Source of the DNA: Candidatus Woesearchaeota archaeon
Lineage (GTDB): Archaea; Nanobdellota; Nanobdellia; SCGC-AAA011-G17; PNOQ01
Length of the DNA: 64,000 bases
Direction of reading: 5' to 3'
Assembly: GCA_964587005.1 (NCBI GenBank)
Contig: CAZPJW010000002.1
Location: forward strand, 12,487-76,486
Shown here: positions 1-7,527 of the stretch, piece by piece
How the letters are laid out: every line of letters starts with the position of its first letter
Position numbering within the stretch: the first letter of the stretch is position 1
Made by a program: the position numbers and the translations under genes
The notes under the pieces: generated by a model
Told to the model about the DNA's origin: nothing
Seen by the model: only the letters and a program-made list of their open reading frames with translations
Database searches by the model: none

Positions 1-195
1 GATTTTGGTTTTATCCATAACTGATTTTTTTTCTGGTTTTGAGGCAACGGGTTTTACTTTTTTTATTTCATTGAATGCAGAAGATATCTCTAAATCTGTC
101 CAGCCACTTTCCCTTAGAATTTTTGAAAGTTCTTCTTCTGAATAACCTTTAGCAAGACCTTTTTTAGCATAATCAATCAACTTAGGATCGGCCAT
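1..195 (-). CDS. Partial hypothetical protein (runs off the left edge), MADPKLIDYAKKGLAKGYSEEELSKILRESGW...
   Basis: Manual translation from ATG at 195; frame is open to position 1. Not in ORF track. Confidence 0.7.
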   Translation of the reverse strand, partial: MADPKLIDYAKKGLAKGYSEEELSKILRESGWTDLEISSAFNEIKKVKPVASKPEKKSVMDKTKI

Positions 196-299
196 ACAGT
201 AAACCTGGATTTTTTATTTAAATAGTTTGCTATTTTTCCAAGAGCGAGGAGTTTTACAATAGAAAAGTATATAAAGATTTTTTCAAGACATAAGGATAG

Positions 300-1004
300 A
301 TGAAAATAGATCTAAAAAAGAAACCACAAAATGTTACAATTATTGGGGGCTTTCCTGGTTTTGGTTTAGTGGGTACAATTTCTAGTGAATATCTAATTGA
401 ACATTTGGGGGCGGAAAAAATAGGATCTGTTTGGTTTTCTGAAATGAATCCCATGATAGCAATACACGAAAGCAAGATTGTTGAGCCTTTCGGAGTGTTC
501 TATTCAAAAAAACATAATATAGTAATCCTACATGCGATTACAAATGTTGCCGGGGTAGAATGGAAAATTGCAAACGTTGTTTCGGAGTTATCAAAAACAT
601 TCAAGGCAAAAGAAGTTATTTGTGTTGACGGTGTTGGCAGTCCAACTGGAAAAACAAATAAAAATTATTATTATTACACTAATAAAAATGCAGAAAAATG
701 GAAGAAAACTAATGGTGAAGAATTGAAAGAGGGAGTTGTTGTTGGGCCAGCAGCAAGTTTGATTTTGAAGGTGGATAACGTACCTATGTCTTGTGTTTTT
801 GCTGAGACTGCTTCTAAACTCCCAGATAGTAGGGCGGCGGCTCAGACAATCAAGGCTCTAGATGAGTATCTTGGGTTGAGTGTGGATTATAATCCGCTTC
901 TTAAGAAGGCAGAAGAGTTTGAAGTAAAATTAAAGAAACTTATTGATGGCACTAAGAAAGCTAAGATAAGTAAAGACAAAAAAGATATCACTTACATGGG
1001 ATAA
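300..1004 (+). CDS. PAC2-family proteasome assembly chaperone
   Basis: GFPGFGLVG N-terminal motif, PDSRAA motif, C-terminal coiled coil ending YMG. Confidence 0.85.
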   Translation: MKIDLKKKPQNVTIIGGFPGFGLVGTISSEYLIEHLGAEKIGSVWFSEMNPMIAIHESKIVEPFGVFYSKKHNIVILHAITNVAGVEWKIANVVSELSKTFKAKEVICVDGVGSPTGKTNKNYYYYTNKNAEKWKKTNGEELKEGVVVGPAASLILKVDNVPMSCVFAETASKLPDSRAAAQTIKALDEYLGLSVDYNPLLKKAEEFEVKLKKLIDGTKKAKISKDKKDITYMG

Positions 1005-1034
1005 GTTTATAAATTTCTTGAATATCTCTTTTTT

Positions 1035-1445
1035 ATGTCGTTTGATAATCTAGCTAAGGTGAGAATTGTTCCTGGAATAAGTATATTTGTTTCTAGTTTT
1101 ATAGTTATATTTGTTGCCTTGTCTTTATTAAACACCGTTTCAAATAAGTACATTTTAAGCGTAATTTATGCTATGTTAGTTTTGTTATTGGTAAAGATAT
1201 TATTAATCTATAATGGCTTAAATAAGATCCCTGCTAGTTTATCCGGGAGTAATATGATAAGGTATACTATGTTGTGCCATAATTGTAATTGGGAATGGAT
1301 GTCTAACACAACAGATAAAGAAAGCCCTACAAAATGTCCTAATTGTGGAGAAAGATCTAGGTTAGAATTAATTGGTTACAGGAAGGTACAGAGATTACCA
1401 AAGAAATCTGATAAAGAACTAACTAGTTTTTTTAAACAAAAATAA
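1035..1445 (+). CDS. Two-TM membrane protein with C-terminal Zn ribbon
   Basis: Two hydrophobic helices, CHNC..CPNC, PIP-like tail KELTSFF. Confidence 0.7.
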   Translation: MSFDNLAKVRIVPGISIFVSSFIVIFVALSLLNTVSNKYILSVIYAMLVLLLVKILLIYNGLNKIPASLSGSNMIRYTMLCHNCNWEWMSNTTDKESPTKCPNCGERSRLELIGYRKVQRLPKKSDKELTSFFKQK

Positions 1446-1470
1446 AAAAATAAATAAGAAGAATAATTAA

Positions 1471-1662
1471 TTATCTTTTCTTTTTCTTGGTGGCTTTTTT
1501 CTTTTTAACCGGTTTCTTTTTAGCAGCTGGCTTTTTTTTAGAGGCTTTTTTCTTCTTGCCACCTCTTGCCATTTTTGCTTCGCAGACATTACCCTTTCCG
1601 TCTACATAGTATAAGTAACCTGGTTTTCTTTTGATTACGTTTTTTGCAATGATTTTCCCCAA
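1471..1662 (-). CDS. Small very basic putative nucleoid/DNA-binding protein with Lys/Ala/Pro tail
   Basis: KRKPGYLYYVDGKGNV core plus KKKPAAKKK tail; SD GGAGGTGA precedes a TTG start at 1662. Confidence 0.7.
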   Translation of the reverse strand: MGKIIAKNVIKRKPGYLYYVDGKGNVCEAKMARGGKKKKASKKKPAAKKKPVKKKKATKKKKR

Positions 1663-1713
1663 TGTTTTCACCTCCTTAATGAAAATTATACTCTAAAATT
1701 AGAAAACTAGTAT

Positions 1714-2343
1714 TTAAATATTTCCTTTTCTCGTCGGAGAAGTAACTTTTTTTTCGTCTCTTTTAGATAGTGCTCCAGTTATTCCATAAATGACTCTTAA
1801 TAAAATTTCTAGGCAAACTACAAAGACAAAATAGTATATTAAAATGTTAAACATGGTTGGTAGGAGGTATAGGAGATCCAGGATTTTGTCTCCCCAAGTT
1901 AAAACAGATGATATATCGTCGACCATTACTACTGCTAGAAGTGCAAAGGGTATTAGTTTTGCTATGTCTTTTGCTAGATCTTGTTTGTAGTAGGACGCTA
2001 TTCTTATCGACGCTATTATTGCCATTGACATAAGTAAAACCATCTCTGTGTTGGGCGTTGTTGTCATCGCGTTTAATATGGTTGAGAAGGTTATGAACCA
2101 CAGCATAAGGAAGAGTGGGAAAAACAGAACATACTCTGCGATGTACAATATAACTGCAAAAAACTTAAATGCGCCTGAATGTTGTGCTCGATTGTATTGA
2201 CGCAAATTAAGGTTGAATATATCCCTGGTTGCTATAAACCTATAGAGATTATAGACGATAATAGTATACAGTGCAAGTCCAAAAATTATGATTATTAGTG
2301 GGTTCAATATGCCAAATGCGCTTTGGGTAGAATATTGTATCAT
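1714..2343 (-). CDS. Multi-pass membrane protein of unknown function
   Basis: About 5 hydrophobic segments in 209 aa. Confidence 0.7.
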   Translation of the reverse strand: MIQYSTQSAFGILNPLIIIIFGLALYTIIVYNLYRFIATRDIFNLNLRQYNRAQHSGAFKFFAVILYIAEYVLFFPLFLMLWFITFSTILNAMTTTPNTEMVLLMSMAIIASIRIASYYKQDLAKDIAKLIPFALLAVVMVDDISSVLTWGDKILDLLYLLPTMFNILIYYFVFVVCLEILLRVIYGITGALSKRDEKKVTSPTRKGNI

Positions 2344-2454
2344 GTTTTTCTTTTAGAAAGTTAATTTATAAAATTTTTGTTCAAGTATTTTTAATTATTT
2401 CTTATAACTTATTGTAATAAATCTTTTAGTTTATTATTAAATATTTTAGCTACA

Positions 2455-3099
2455 CTATTTTCTATCTTTTCTTAATCCTTTTGGTCGCTGGGCGTATTTT
2501 TGTTTAGTGTCTGTTTCCCTAAGGTGGATCCCCAGAGATACCCGGTGGTTTGCGAATGGTCCTCGTCGGTGATCGGGTATTTTTTCGTATATTCTCATTA
2601 AGTTATATGCTAAAATGTCTGCCCGATTAACTAAAGGAATATGTCTATCTGCCTTTTCCATAAAATTTATCTGGCCATAATCTACTGGTGCTCCAAATTC
2701 TGATTGAAGCATATCTCTTAAATCGCAATGTGTTGCTTGTATATGCTCTCCATCTATCATAATTTGAGCCATTTCGATGTCTATTGCTCCCTCTAAGGAA
2801 GAGATTAGACGATGCATGGCAGGGGCCTTAACGCCATTTCTGCCAAGTCTACTTATTTGTTTTTTATAGAGAACTATAAATCTCATGATACTTACTTTTC
2901 CCAAAAATTCCTCGACCATAGCAATATGGTCGTTTCTGCTTCCTTTTCGTTTATATTTTTCTCTTTGTAAGAATTTATCTGTCGGTTCAAGGTCAATTGG
3001 GTTTTTAGAAAGAGCTAAAACATATACCTCTGGCACGGTATGGTGGTTTGATTCATCTATTCCAATGCCATAAAATTCATTTGTCGTTGTATAAGTCAC
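2455..3099 (-). CDS. Divergent RNase HII-like (RNase H fold) protein
   Basis: GIDES, IDG and KAD...V..A.ILA motifs in RNase HII order; the GRG motif is replaced by NHH. Confidence 0.55.
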   Translation of the reverse strand: MTYTTTNEFYGIGIDESNHHTVPEVYVLALSKNPIDLEPTDKFLQREKYKRKGSRNDHIAMVEEFLGKVSIMRFIVLYKKQISRLGRNGVKAPAMHRLISSLEGAIDIEMAQIMIDGEHIQATHCDLRDMLQSEFGAPVDYGQINFMEKADRHIPLVNRADILAYNLMRIYEKIPDHRRGPFANHRVSLGIHLRETDTKQKYAQRPKGLRKDRK

Positions 3100-3154
3100 C
3101 CCTGTTACTAAAGGAGATTGAAATAGATTTATAAATATTTATTAGATTCAATAT

Positions 3155-3982
3155 CTATTCTTCTATATCATCGAGGACATTTTTTACTTTTTTTAGTTGT
3201 TCTTTTGATACATGGGTGTATATCTGTGTCGTCGATAGGTCAGAATGGCCCAATAATTCTTGTATTATTCTGATATCAACTCCTGCATCAAGATTATGTG
3301 TAGCAAATGAGTGTCTTAGTTTGTGTGCTGTTACCTTTTTGTTAATTTTAGCCAATTTTGCTGTATTTGAAATTATCTTTTGTACGTTTCTTGCTGTGAG
3401 GTGGCCTTTTTTCCCCGGAAAAAGGTATACTTCTTCATCATCAAGTGTCTGTAAATATTTGGTTATTTCCTCGGATAGTTTTTTCGATAGGAAAAATGCC
3501 CTGTCTTTCCCCCCTTTCCCAGATCTAACCCAACCCATTTTATTTTCTAGCTCCAAATCATCAATTTTTAGATTAACGCACTCACTTACCCTTAATCCTG
3601 TTGAATATAGTAATTTCATAATCAATAATGACTTTTTGGAATGTGTTGAATCAAACAAAGACCTTATTTCTTTTTTTGTTAGGAAGATTGGAATTGATTT
3701 AGGGATTTTGGGGGTTTTGAAATTTACTATGTTTTTCTCCATTATTTCTTCAAAGAAGAATTTTAGGGCGGCTTTCTTTACAGCTATTGATCTTGGGGAT
3801 TGTTTTTGATCTGAAACTAAATGTGCAAAATATTCTTTTATATGATCTTCAGATATTTTTGTTGGTTCTGTTTTTGAATACTTTAGAAAAAGTTTTGTAT
3901 TAGATAGGTATGACTCAATTGTTCTTTCTGAGAATCCTCTTAATTTTAATTCAGTTTCTAGTTTTTTTAGCCAAATTTCCAC
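3155..3982 (-). CDS. xerA: Tyrosine recombinase, XerA/XerD-like
   Basis: STGLRVSE, GKGGKDR, HKLRHSFATH, LLGHSDLSTTQIY; N-terminal SAM-like domain; adjacent dif-like site. Confidence 0.85.
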   Translation of the reverse strand: MEIWLKKLETELKLRGFSERTIESYLSNTKLFLKYSKTEPTKISEDHIKEYFAHLVSDQKQSPRSIAVKKAALKFFFEEIMEKNIVNFKTPKIPKSIPIFLTKKEIRSLFDSTHSKKSLLIMKLLYSTGLRVSECVNLKIDDLELENKMGWVRSGKGGKDRAFFLSKKLSEEITKYLQTLDDEEVYLFPGKKGHLTARNVQKIISNTAKLAKINKKVTAHKLRHSFATHNLDAGVDIRIIQELLGHSDLSTTQIYTHVSKEQLKKVKNVLDDIEE

Positions 3983-4028
3983 GATTATGCCTCTTTTTAG
4001 TGTATTTTTGGCAGAAATAGTATATAAA

Positions 4029-4056
4029 AGTTCGCATAAGGTATGTTAGGCGAAAT
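4029..4056. other. dif-like Xer recombination site
   Basis: AGTTCGCATAA-GGTATG-TTAGGCGAAAT: 11-6-11 layout; arms are inverted repeats matching at 9/11; CGCATAA and TTA spacer boundaries as in known dif sites; 46 bp upstream of xerA. Confidence 0.8.
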
Positions 4057-4452
4057 CTAGTTGTTTGAATTTGTTGATCTTACTTGGACCTTGTATTCTG
4101 CCGCACCACAACAACTTCTTCTGCCCGTAGTATTGGAGCTTACAGAAATAAGTATACTTCTTGCTGGGCTTTTTGCGGTTAGTTCTAATTTGCCTTCATA
4201 GTTTACTTCAAATCCTTTGTCAATTAACTCTGAACTAATTTTTTCACATATAGCGGATTCTTGGTGATAAAGTCCCCCTTTACAGGTAATTGTTCCTTCA
4301 GAGAGTCTTTTGTCTGCAACAATCTTTCCAAATGAGAATTGACCGCCCGTATGACTAGGAATTTCTCCTTCCAATATATCTGCTATTTCTTTTAAAGTTC
4401 GGTGGTTTCCACTCGATTCTCTTAATGCTCCGAATGACGAGAAAGTTTCCAT
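4057..4452 (-). CDS. Hypothetical protein
   Basis: 131-aa ORF whose stop abuts the dif-like site; no recognised motif. Confidence 0.55.
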   Translation of the reverse strand: METFSSFGALRESSGNHRTLKEIADILEGEIPSHTGGQFSFGKIVADKRLSEGTITCKGGLYHQESAICEKISSELIDKGFEVNYEGKLELTAKSPARSILISVSSNTTGRRSCCGAAEYKVQVRSTNSNN

Positions 4453-4490
4453 AGGGGAGTAAATTGTGCTTTATTTAAAAATCTACCGAA

Positions 4491-4889
4491 TTACTTTGGA
4501 ACCGGGAATGGGCCCATATTGTCTTCATCCATTTCACCAAACCTTTCTTCTAGCATTATTATTGCTTGTTCTCTTTCAGATTTTGTTGGGTTTTCTACTC
4601 TGACTATTCGATTGAATTTATACCTTCCATGTGCTGCGCTTAGAGGAATGTTTCCTACATCTCTAGCCTTTGGGCCATAAAATTCTTTTAATATCCTTGT
4701 GGCTTCTTCTACATCTTCTGGAGTTTTTAGTGGATCCCATGGTTCAGGCGAATATTCTATTAAACCAATAGATTGGGCAATAGCTAAAGATTCGTGGGCA
4801 TGACCTACTTTTTCCGGTGTGATTTTTCCTTCCCATCCGCCTGCGCCCTTGCAAACAATTCGGCTTAATCTATATTCAATTTCTGACAT
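4491..4889 (-). CDS. Hypothetical protein
   Basis: 132-aa ORF with a TATA-like element upstream. Confidence 0.55.
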   Translation of the reverse strand: MSEIEYRLSRIVCKGAGGWEGKITPEKVGHAHESLAIAQSIGLIEYSPEPWDPLKTPEDVEEATRILKEFYGPKARDVGNIPLSAAHGRYKFNRIVRVENPTKSEREQAIIMLEERFGEMDEDNMGPFPVPK

Positions 4890-4959
4890 ATTTTTAGAGA
4901 AAATTGGTTTATTTAAAAGTTTAACTAATTATTAAAAATTTAAGTTTTGATTAAAGATT

Positions 4960-5274
4960 TTAGTCGTAATTGCCGGCCCAAAAATACAGCAGATTTTTGT
5001 TGTTTGCGTCTCTTTGAACTCCTAGAACATCAATTTCTCCTCTTCTTAACATTCCATACAACCTCTCTGTAAAAATGGTTTTATTTGTTATAATGCTTGT
5101 TGCATATGTTATTGTAAATTCTCTTTTTGGTAGTGTTGGACAAAAAGTTCTGTTTCCTTCTGGATTTGTAAAAACAAAAACCCTTGGAAGTTCTCCCGAC
5201 CCTTCTTGAAGATCTATCCAGCTTAGAATTGCTTCTTCTAGATTTTTACGTGCTGGATTTAAAACAACGTCCAT
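4960..5274 (-). CDS. Hypothetical protein
   Basis: 104-aa ORF with a TATA-like element upstream. Confidence 0.55.
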   Translation of the reverse strand: MDVVLNPARKNLEEAILSWIDLQEGSGELPRVFVFTNPEGNRTFCPTLPKREFTITYATSIITNKTIFTERLYGMLRRGEIDVLGVQRDANNKNLLYFWAGNYD

Positions 5275-5309
5275 AAAAAAGGTAATTTAAGGGATTTTAT
5301 AAGATTTAT

Positions 5310-5633
5310 CTAAAAATCATATAGAACTACTTTGTGTGTTTCTATCTCTAACATGTAGGTGGGAAGTATATGTGGGGCTAAAATTTCTGGTGTATGCTTG
5401 GCTAGCGCCACAAAATCAAAAGGATGGTGCTCTGAGGGCTTTAAACCTGTTCCTTTTAGGTATTCAGCAGAGGGCAAAATTACTACGTCTGAAATCTCTC
5501 CTTGAGTTTTAGATTGGCCCAACTCGGAAAGTGCAATACCCAGTTCGTCTTGTTTAACCAGTCTATCAACTCTAAATCCTTCCTCTTTTAGTCTTTTTGC
5601 TATATCGCTTTGTCTTTCGTTTGGTGAAGTCAT
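5310..5633 (-). CDS. Hypothetical protein
   Basis: 107-aa ORF with a TATA-like element upstream. Confidence 0.55.
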   Translation of the reverse strand: MTSPNERQSDIAKRLKEEGFRVDRLVKQDELGIALSELGQSKTQGEISDVVILPSAEYLKGTGLKPSEHHPFDFVALAKHTPEILAPHILPTYMLEIETHKVVLYDF

Positions 5634-5663
5634 GAAAAAGGAAGTTAGAATAAATTTATAAGA

Positions 5664-5870
5664 TTATATGTATTTCTCCATATATTCATACCAAATTGCA
5701 ACTAAGAATGGAATAAATGCCATTAGTATCCAGTTAATTTTGTGATACCATGCTCCAAAAACTAATACTATAAATGCAATAACATATAGAAGGATAGACA
5801 GCATACTTGGTAAAAAATCCTCTTTTTTCTTTACCACTTTTTTTGTTGTTTTTTTTCTTTTTTTGACCAT
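5664..5870 (-). CDS. Small membrane protein (basic N-terminus, 2 TM)
   Basis: Likely start MVKKRKK at 5870, then two hydrophobic helices. Confidence 0.6.
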   Translation of the reverse strand: MVKKRKKTTKKVVKKKEDFLPSMLSILLYVIAFIVLVFGAWYHKINWILMAFIPFLVAIWYEYMEKYI

Positions 5871-5954
5871 TAATTTAATTTTTAATATTTTAAGTATATA
5901 AAGTTTATGTTTGAGAAGCAAAAAGTTTAATAAGGAGTTTTGTTAAATTTTGTT

Positions 5955-6623
5955 ATGTTTTTTGGAATTTTTAGAAAGGGTGGAGATGCTGAGAAGAAGT
6001 TCTCCCAATTACACGATAGTTTATCTGAATCTTTTTCGAGGATAAAGAACGATATGGAAAGTGTTGGAGATTGGATAAAACATTTTAATGATACTAATTC
6101 TGAACAGTACGATAAAATTGGTGAAATGGATAAACGGTTGTTGAAGATAGAGGAGTTTATTTTAAATATGTTTGAACAGGGTGAAATAAACGAAACGTTT
6201 GGACAGGTGTCCAAACAGAAACAAACAGCTGTCCGTCCAAAACAAACAGCTAAGCCGTCCAAACAGTCGTTTGGACACCTGTCCAAACAGTCGTTTGGAC
6301 ACCTGTCCAAACAGCAAAAAAGTGTCCAAACAGACCTAGAAAAGGAGTTATACAGCCTCACACCAATGGAAAGAACAATAGTATGGAGTTTATTGAACAC
6401 AGATATGTTGCTTAGTTATGAAGATCTAGCTAGAGTATTGGGAAAAGATACATCAACAGTGAGAGGACAAATAAATAATATAAAAAGGAAGATACCTGGG
6501 CTTGTTTTAGAGAAAAGTGAGAGCAATGGAAAGAAAAGATTTTATGTTGAAGAGGAGAAAAAGAGAGAAATATTGGTAAAATATGTGGGCAAAAACAAGA
6601 AAAGGGTAGAAAGTGAGAGTTAA
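5955..6623 (+). CDS. Coiled-coil + C-terminal winged-helix DNA-binding protein (gene A); linker encoded by a palindrome array
   Basis: N-terminal heptad region; SLTPMERTIVWSL...SYEDLARVLGKDTSTVRGQI HTH. Confidence 0.8.
   Translation: MFFGIFRKGGDAEKKFSQLHDSLSESFSRIKNDMESVGDWIKHFNDTNSEQYDKIGEMDKRLLKIEEFILNMFEQGEINETFGQVSKQKQTAVRPKQTAKPSKQSFGHLSKQSFGHLSKQQKSVQTDLEKELYSLTPMERTIVWSLLNTDMLLSYEDLARVLGKDTSTVRGQINNIKRKIPGLVLEKSESNGKKRFYVEEEKKREILVKYVGKNKKRVESES
6197..6334. repeat. Intragenic palindrome/half-site array (GTTTGGACA-NN-TGTCCAAAC)
   Basis: Full 20-bp sites at 6197-6216, 6269-6288 and 6293-6312; extra GTCCAAA half-sites at 6235, 6257 and 6324; 24-bp tandem unit across 6257-6314. Confidence 0.9.
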
Positions 6624-6698
6624 TTCTAAGAATATTTGGTAAAAAAACGTGGTTTTGGGCAGAAATAGCTCTTATTTTAATAAAATGTGAGAGTTAAA

Positions 6699-7364
6699 TT
6701 AAAAATATTGTCTTAAATGGCCAGTTAGTTGTGTTTGTGAGTGGTCTTTTTCTCGTAAAGCAAGTAAGTTTTCAAGTATTTTCAGATTTCTAAACTCTTT
6801 TTTTATGGATAAATATATCTTCCTATTGGGTGATTTGTGTTTTGTGAGGGGAATATTTCTTAAAATTAGATCGCTAACATAGTCTCTAACTGAACTTTGA
6901 GAGATCATTATACGTTTGGCTACTTCTGCATATGTCACAGGATTATCTTTTTCTTCTTCTAATTGATAAATGGTCATGAAAACCTTGAATTGTGCCTCTG
7001 TAAGGCTCAGAAACCTTGAATTTAGCTCTCTCTTAAGGGATTTAATATCATTGTATTCTTCCATATTTGGTGTCGTCGGAGTGTCTGTCTGTCGTCTCTT
7101 TGTCGGCGCAGTGTCGTCGGAGTGTCGAAGCGGCACCCCTTTATTTCCTGTGGAACTTTTTTGAATTTGGGGTTTTGGGGCCTCTAGAACGTTAAATTCT
7201 GGCGTTTTGGCTATTTTATGAGCATTGGGGAGATTGGATATTTGCTCTAACATGGTTTTTATTAAATTGATGTTAGATTCCACGACGGAAATACGTTTAT
7301 CTAAGGCTAGAATGGACTCTTTGACTTTCTGGAAAGAAATTTTAATATTGTTCTCAAAGCTCAA
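6699..7364 (-). CDS. Coiled-coil + C-terminal winged-helix DNA-binding protein (gene B), paralogous to gene A
   Basis: IKISFQKVKESI coiled coil; SLTEAQFKVFMTI...TYAEVAKRIMISQSSVRDYV HTH. Confidence 0.8.
   Translation of the reverse strand: MSFENNIKISFQKVKESILALDKRISVVESNINLIKTMLEQISNLPNAHKIAKTPEFNVLEAPKPQIQKSSTGNKGVPLRHSDDTAPTKRRQTDTPTTPNMEEYNDIKSLKRELNSRFLSLTEAQFKVFMTIYQLEEEKDNPVTYAEVAKRIMISQSSVRDYVSDLILRNIPLTKHKSPNRKIYLSIKKEFRNLKILENLLALREKDHSQTQLTGHLRQYF
7070..7132. repeat. Intragenic 11-bp phased GTGTCG iteron-like repeats
   Basis: GTGTCGTCGGAGTGTC exact at 7070-7085 and 7111-7126; units at 7070, 7081, 7100, 7111, 7122. Confidence 0.85.
7135..7156 (-). promoter_or_regulatory. ORB (Orc1/Cdc6 origin recognition box) embedded in the gene B coding sequence
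   Basis: Minus strand reads GTTCCACAGGAAATAAAGGGGT, i.e. the TCCAnnGGAAA core plus G-string of archaeal ORBs. Confidence 0.75.
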
Positions 7365-7387
7365 TTTAACCCCAATTAGTAGGATCT

Positions 7388-7454
7388 GTGTCGAATTTAT
7401 AATAATTTATGTGTCGGAGCAGTGTCGTCTGAGTGTCGGAGCAGTGTCGAAGTG
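7388..7454. repeat. 11-bp phased GTGTCG repeats upstream of gene B
   Basis: GTGTCG at 7388, 7411, 7422, 7433, 7444 (GTGTCGGAGCA/GTGTCGTCTGA/GTGTCGGAGCA/GTGTCGAAGTG). Confidence 0.85.
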
Positions 7455-7527
7455 AGAGTTATGTTGGCGTTAGGCACTATGGAATATATTGCAATATCCT
7501 GTAGAAGAGACTCTGAAACACCGATAT

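Noticed and set aside
3155..5633. Integron (integrase plus cassette array)
   Set aside because: The recombinase lacks the IntI-specific insertion, no attC-like inverted repeats lie between the ORFs, and a dif-like site explains the recombinase.
6197..6334. CRISPR array
   Set aside because: No unique spacers, units too short, located inside an ORF, and no cas genes in the window.
5927..6400. Antisense ORF with CLDRCPND repeats (ferredoxin-like appearance)
   Set aside because: It is a shadow of the palindromic array on the opposite strand of gene A.
4010..6668. GGCAGAAATAG shared at 4010-4020 and 6658-6668 as possible element ends
   Set aside because: Only 11 bp and not matching the dif core; could be chance.
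7225..7455. Plus-strand 76-aa ORF spanning the GTGTCG repeats
   Set aside because: Antisense to gene B; its C-terminus simply reads through the repeats.
7495..7506. Possible mini-ORB (minus strand TTCTACAGGATA)
   Set aside because: Two mismatches in 12 and no G-string; too weak to call.
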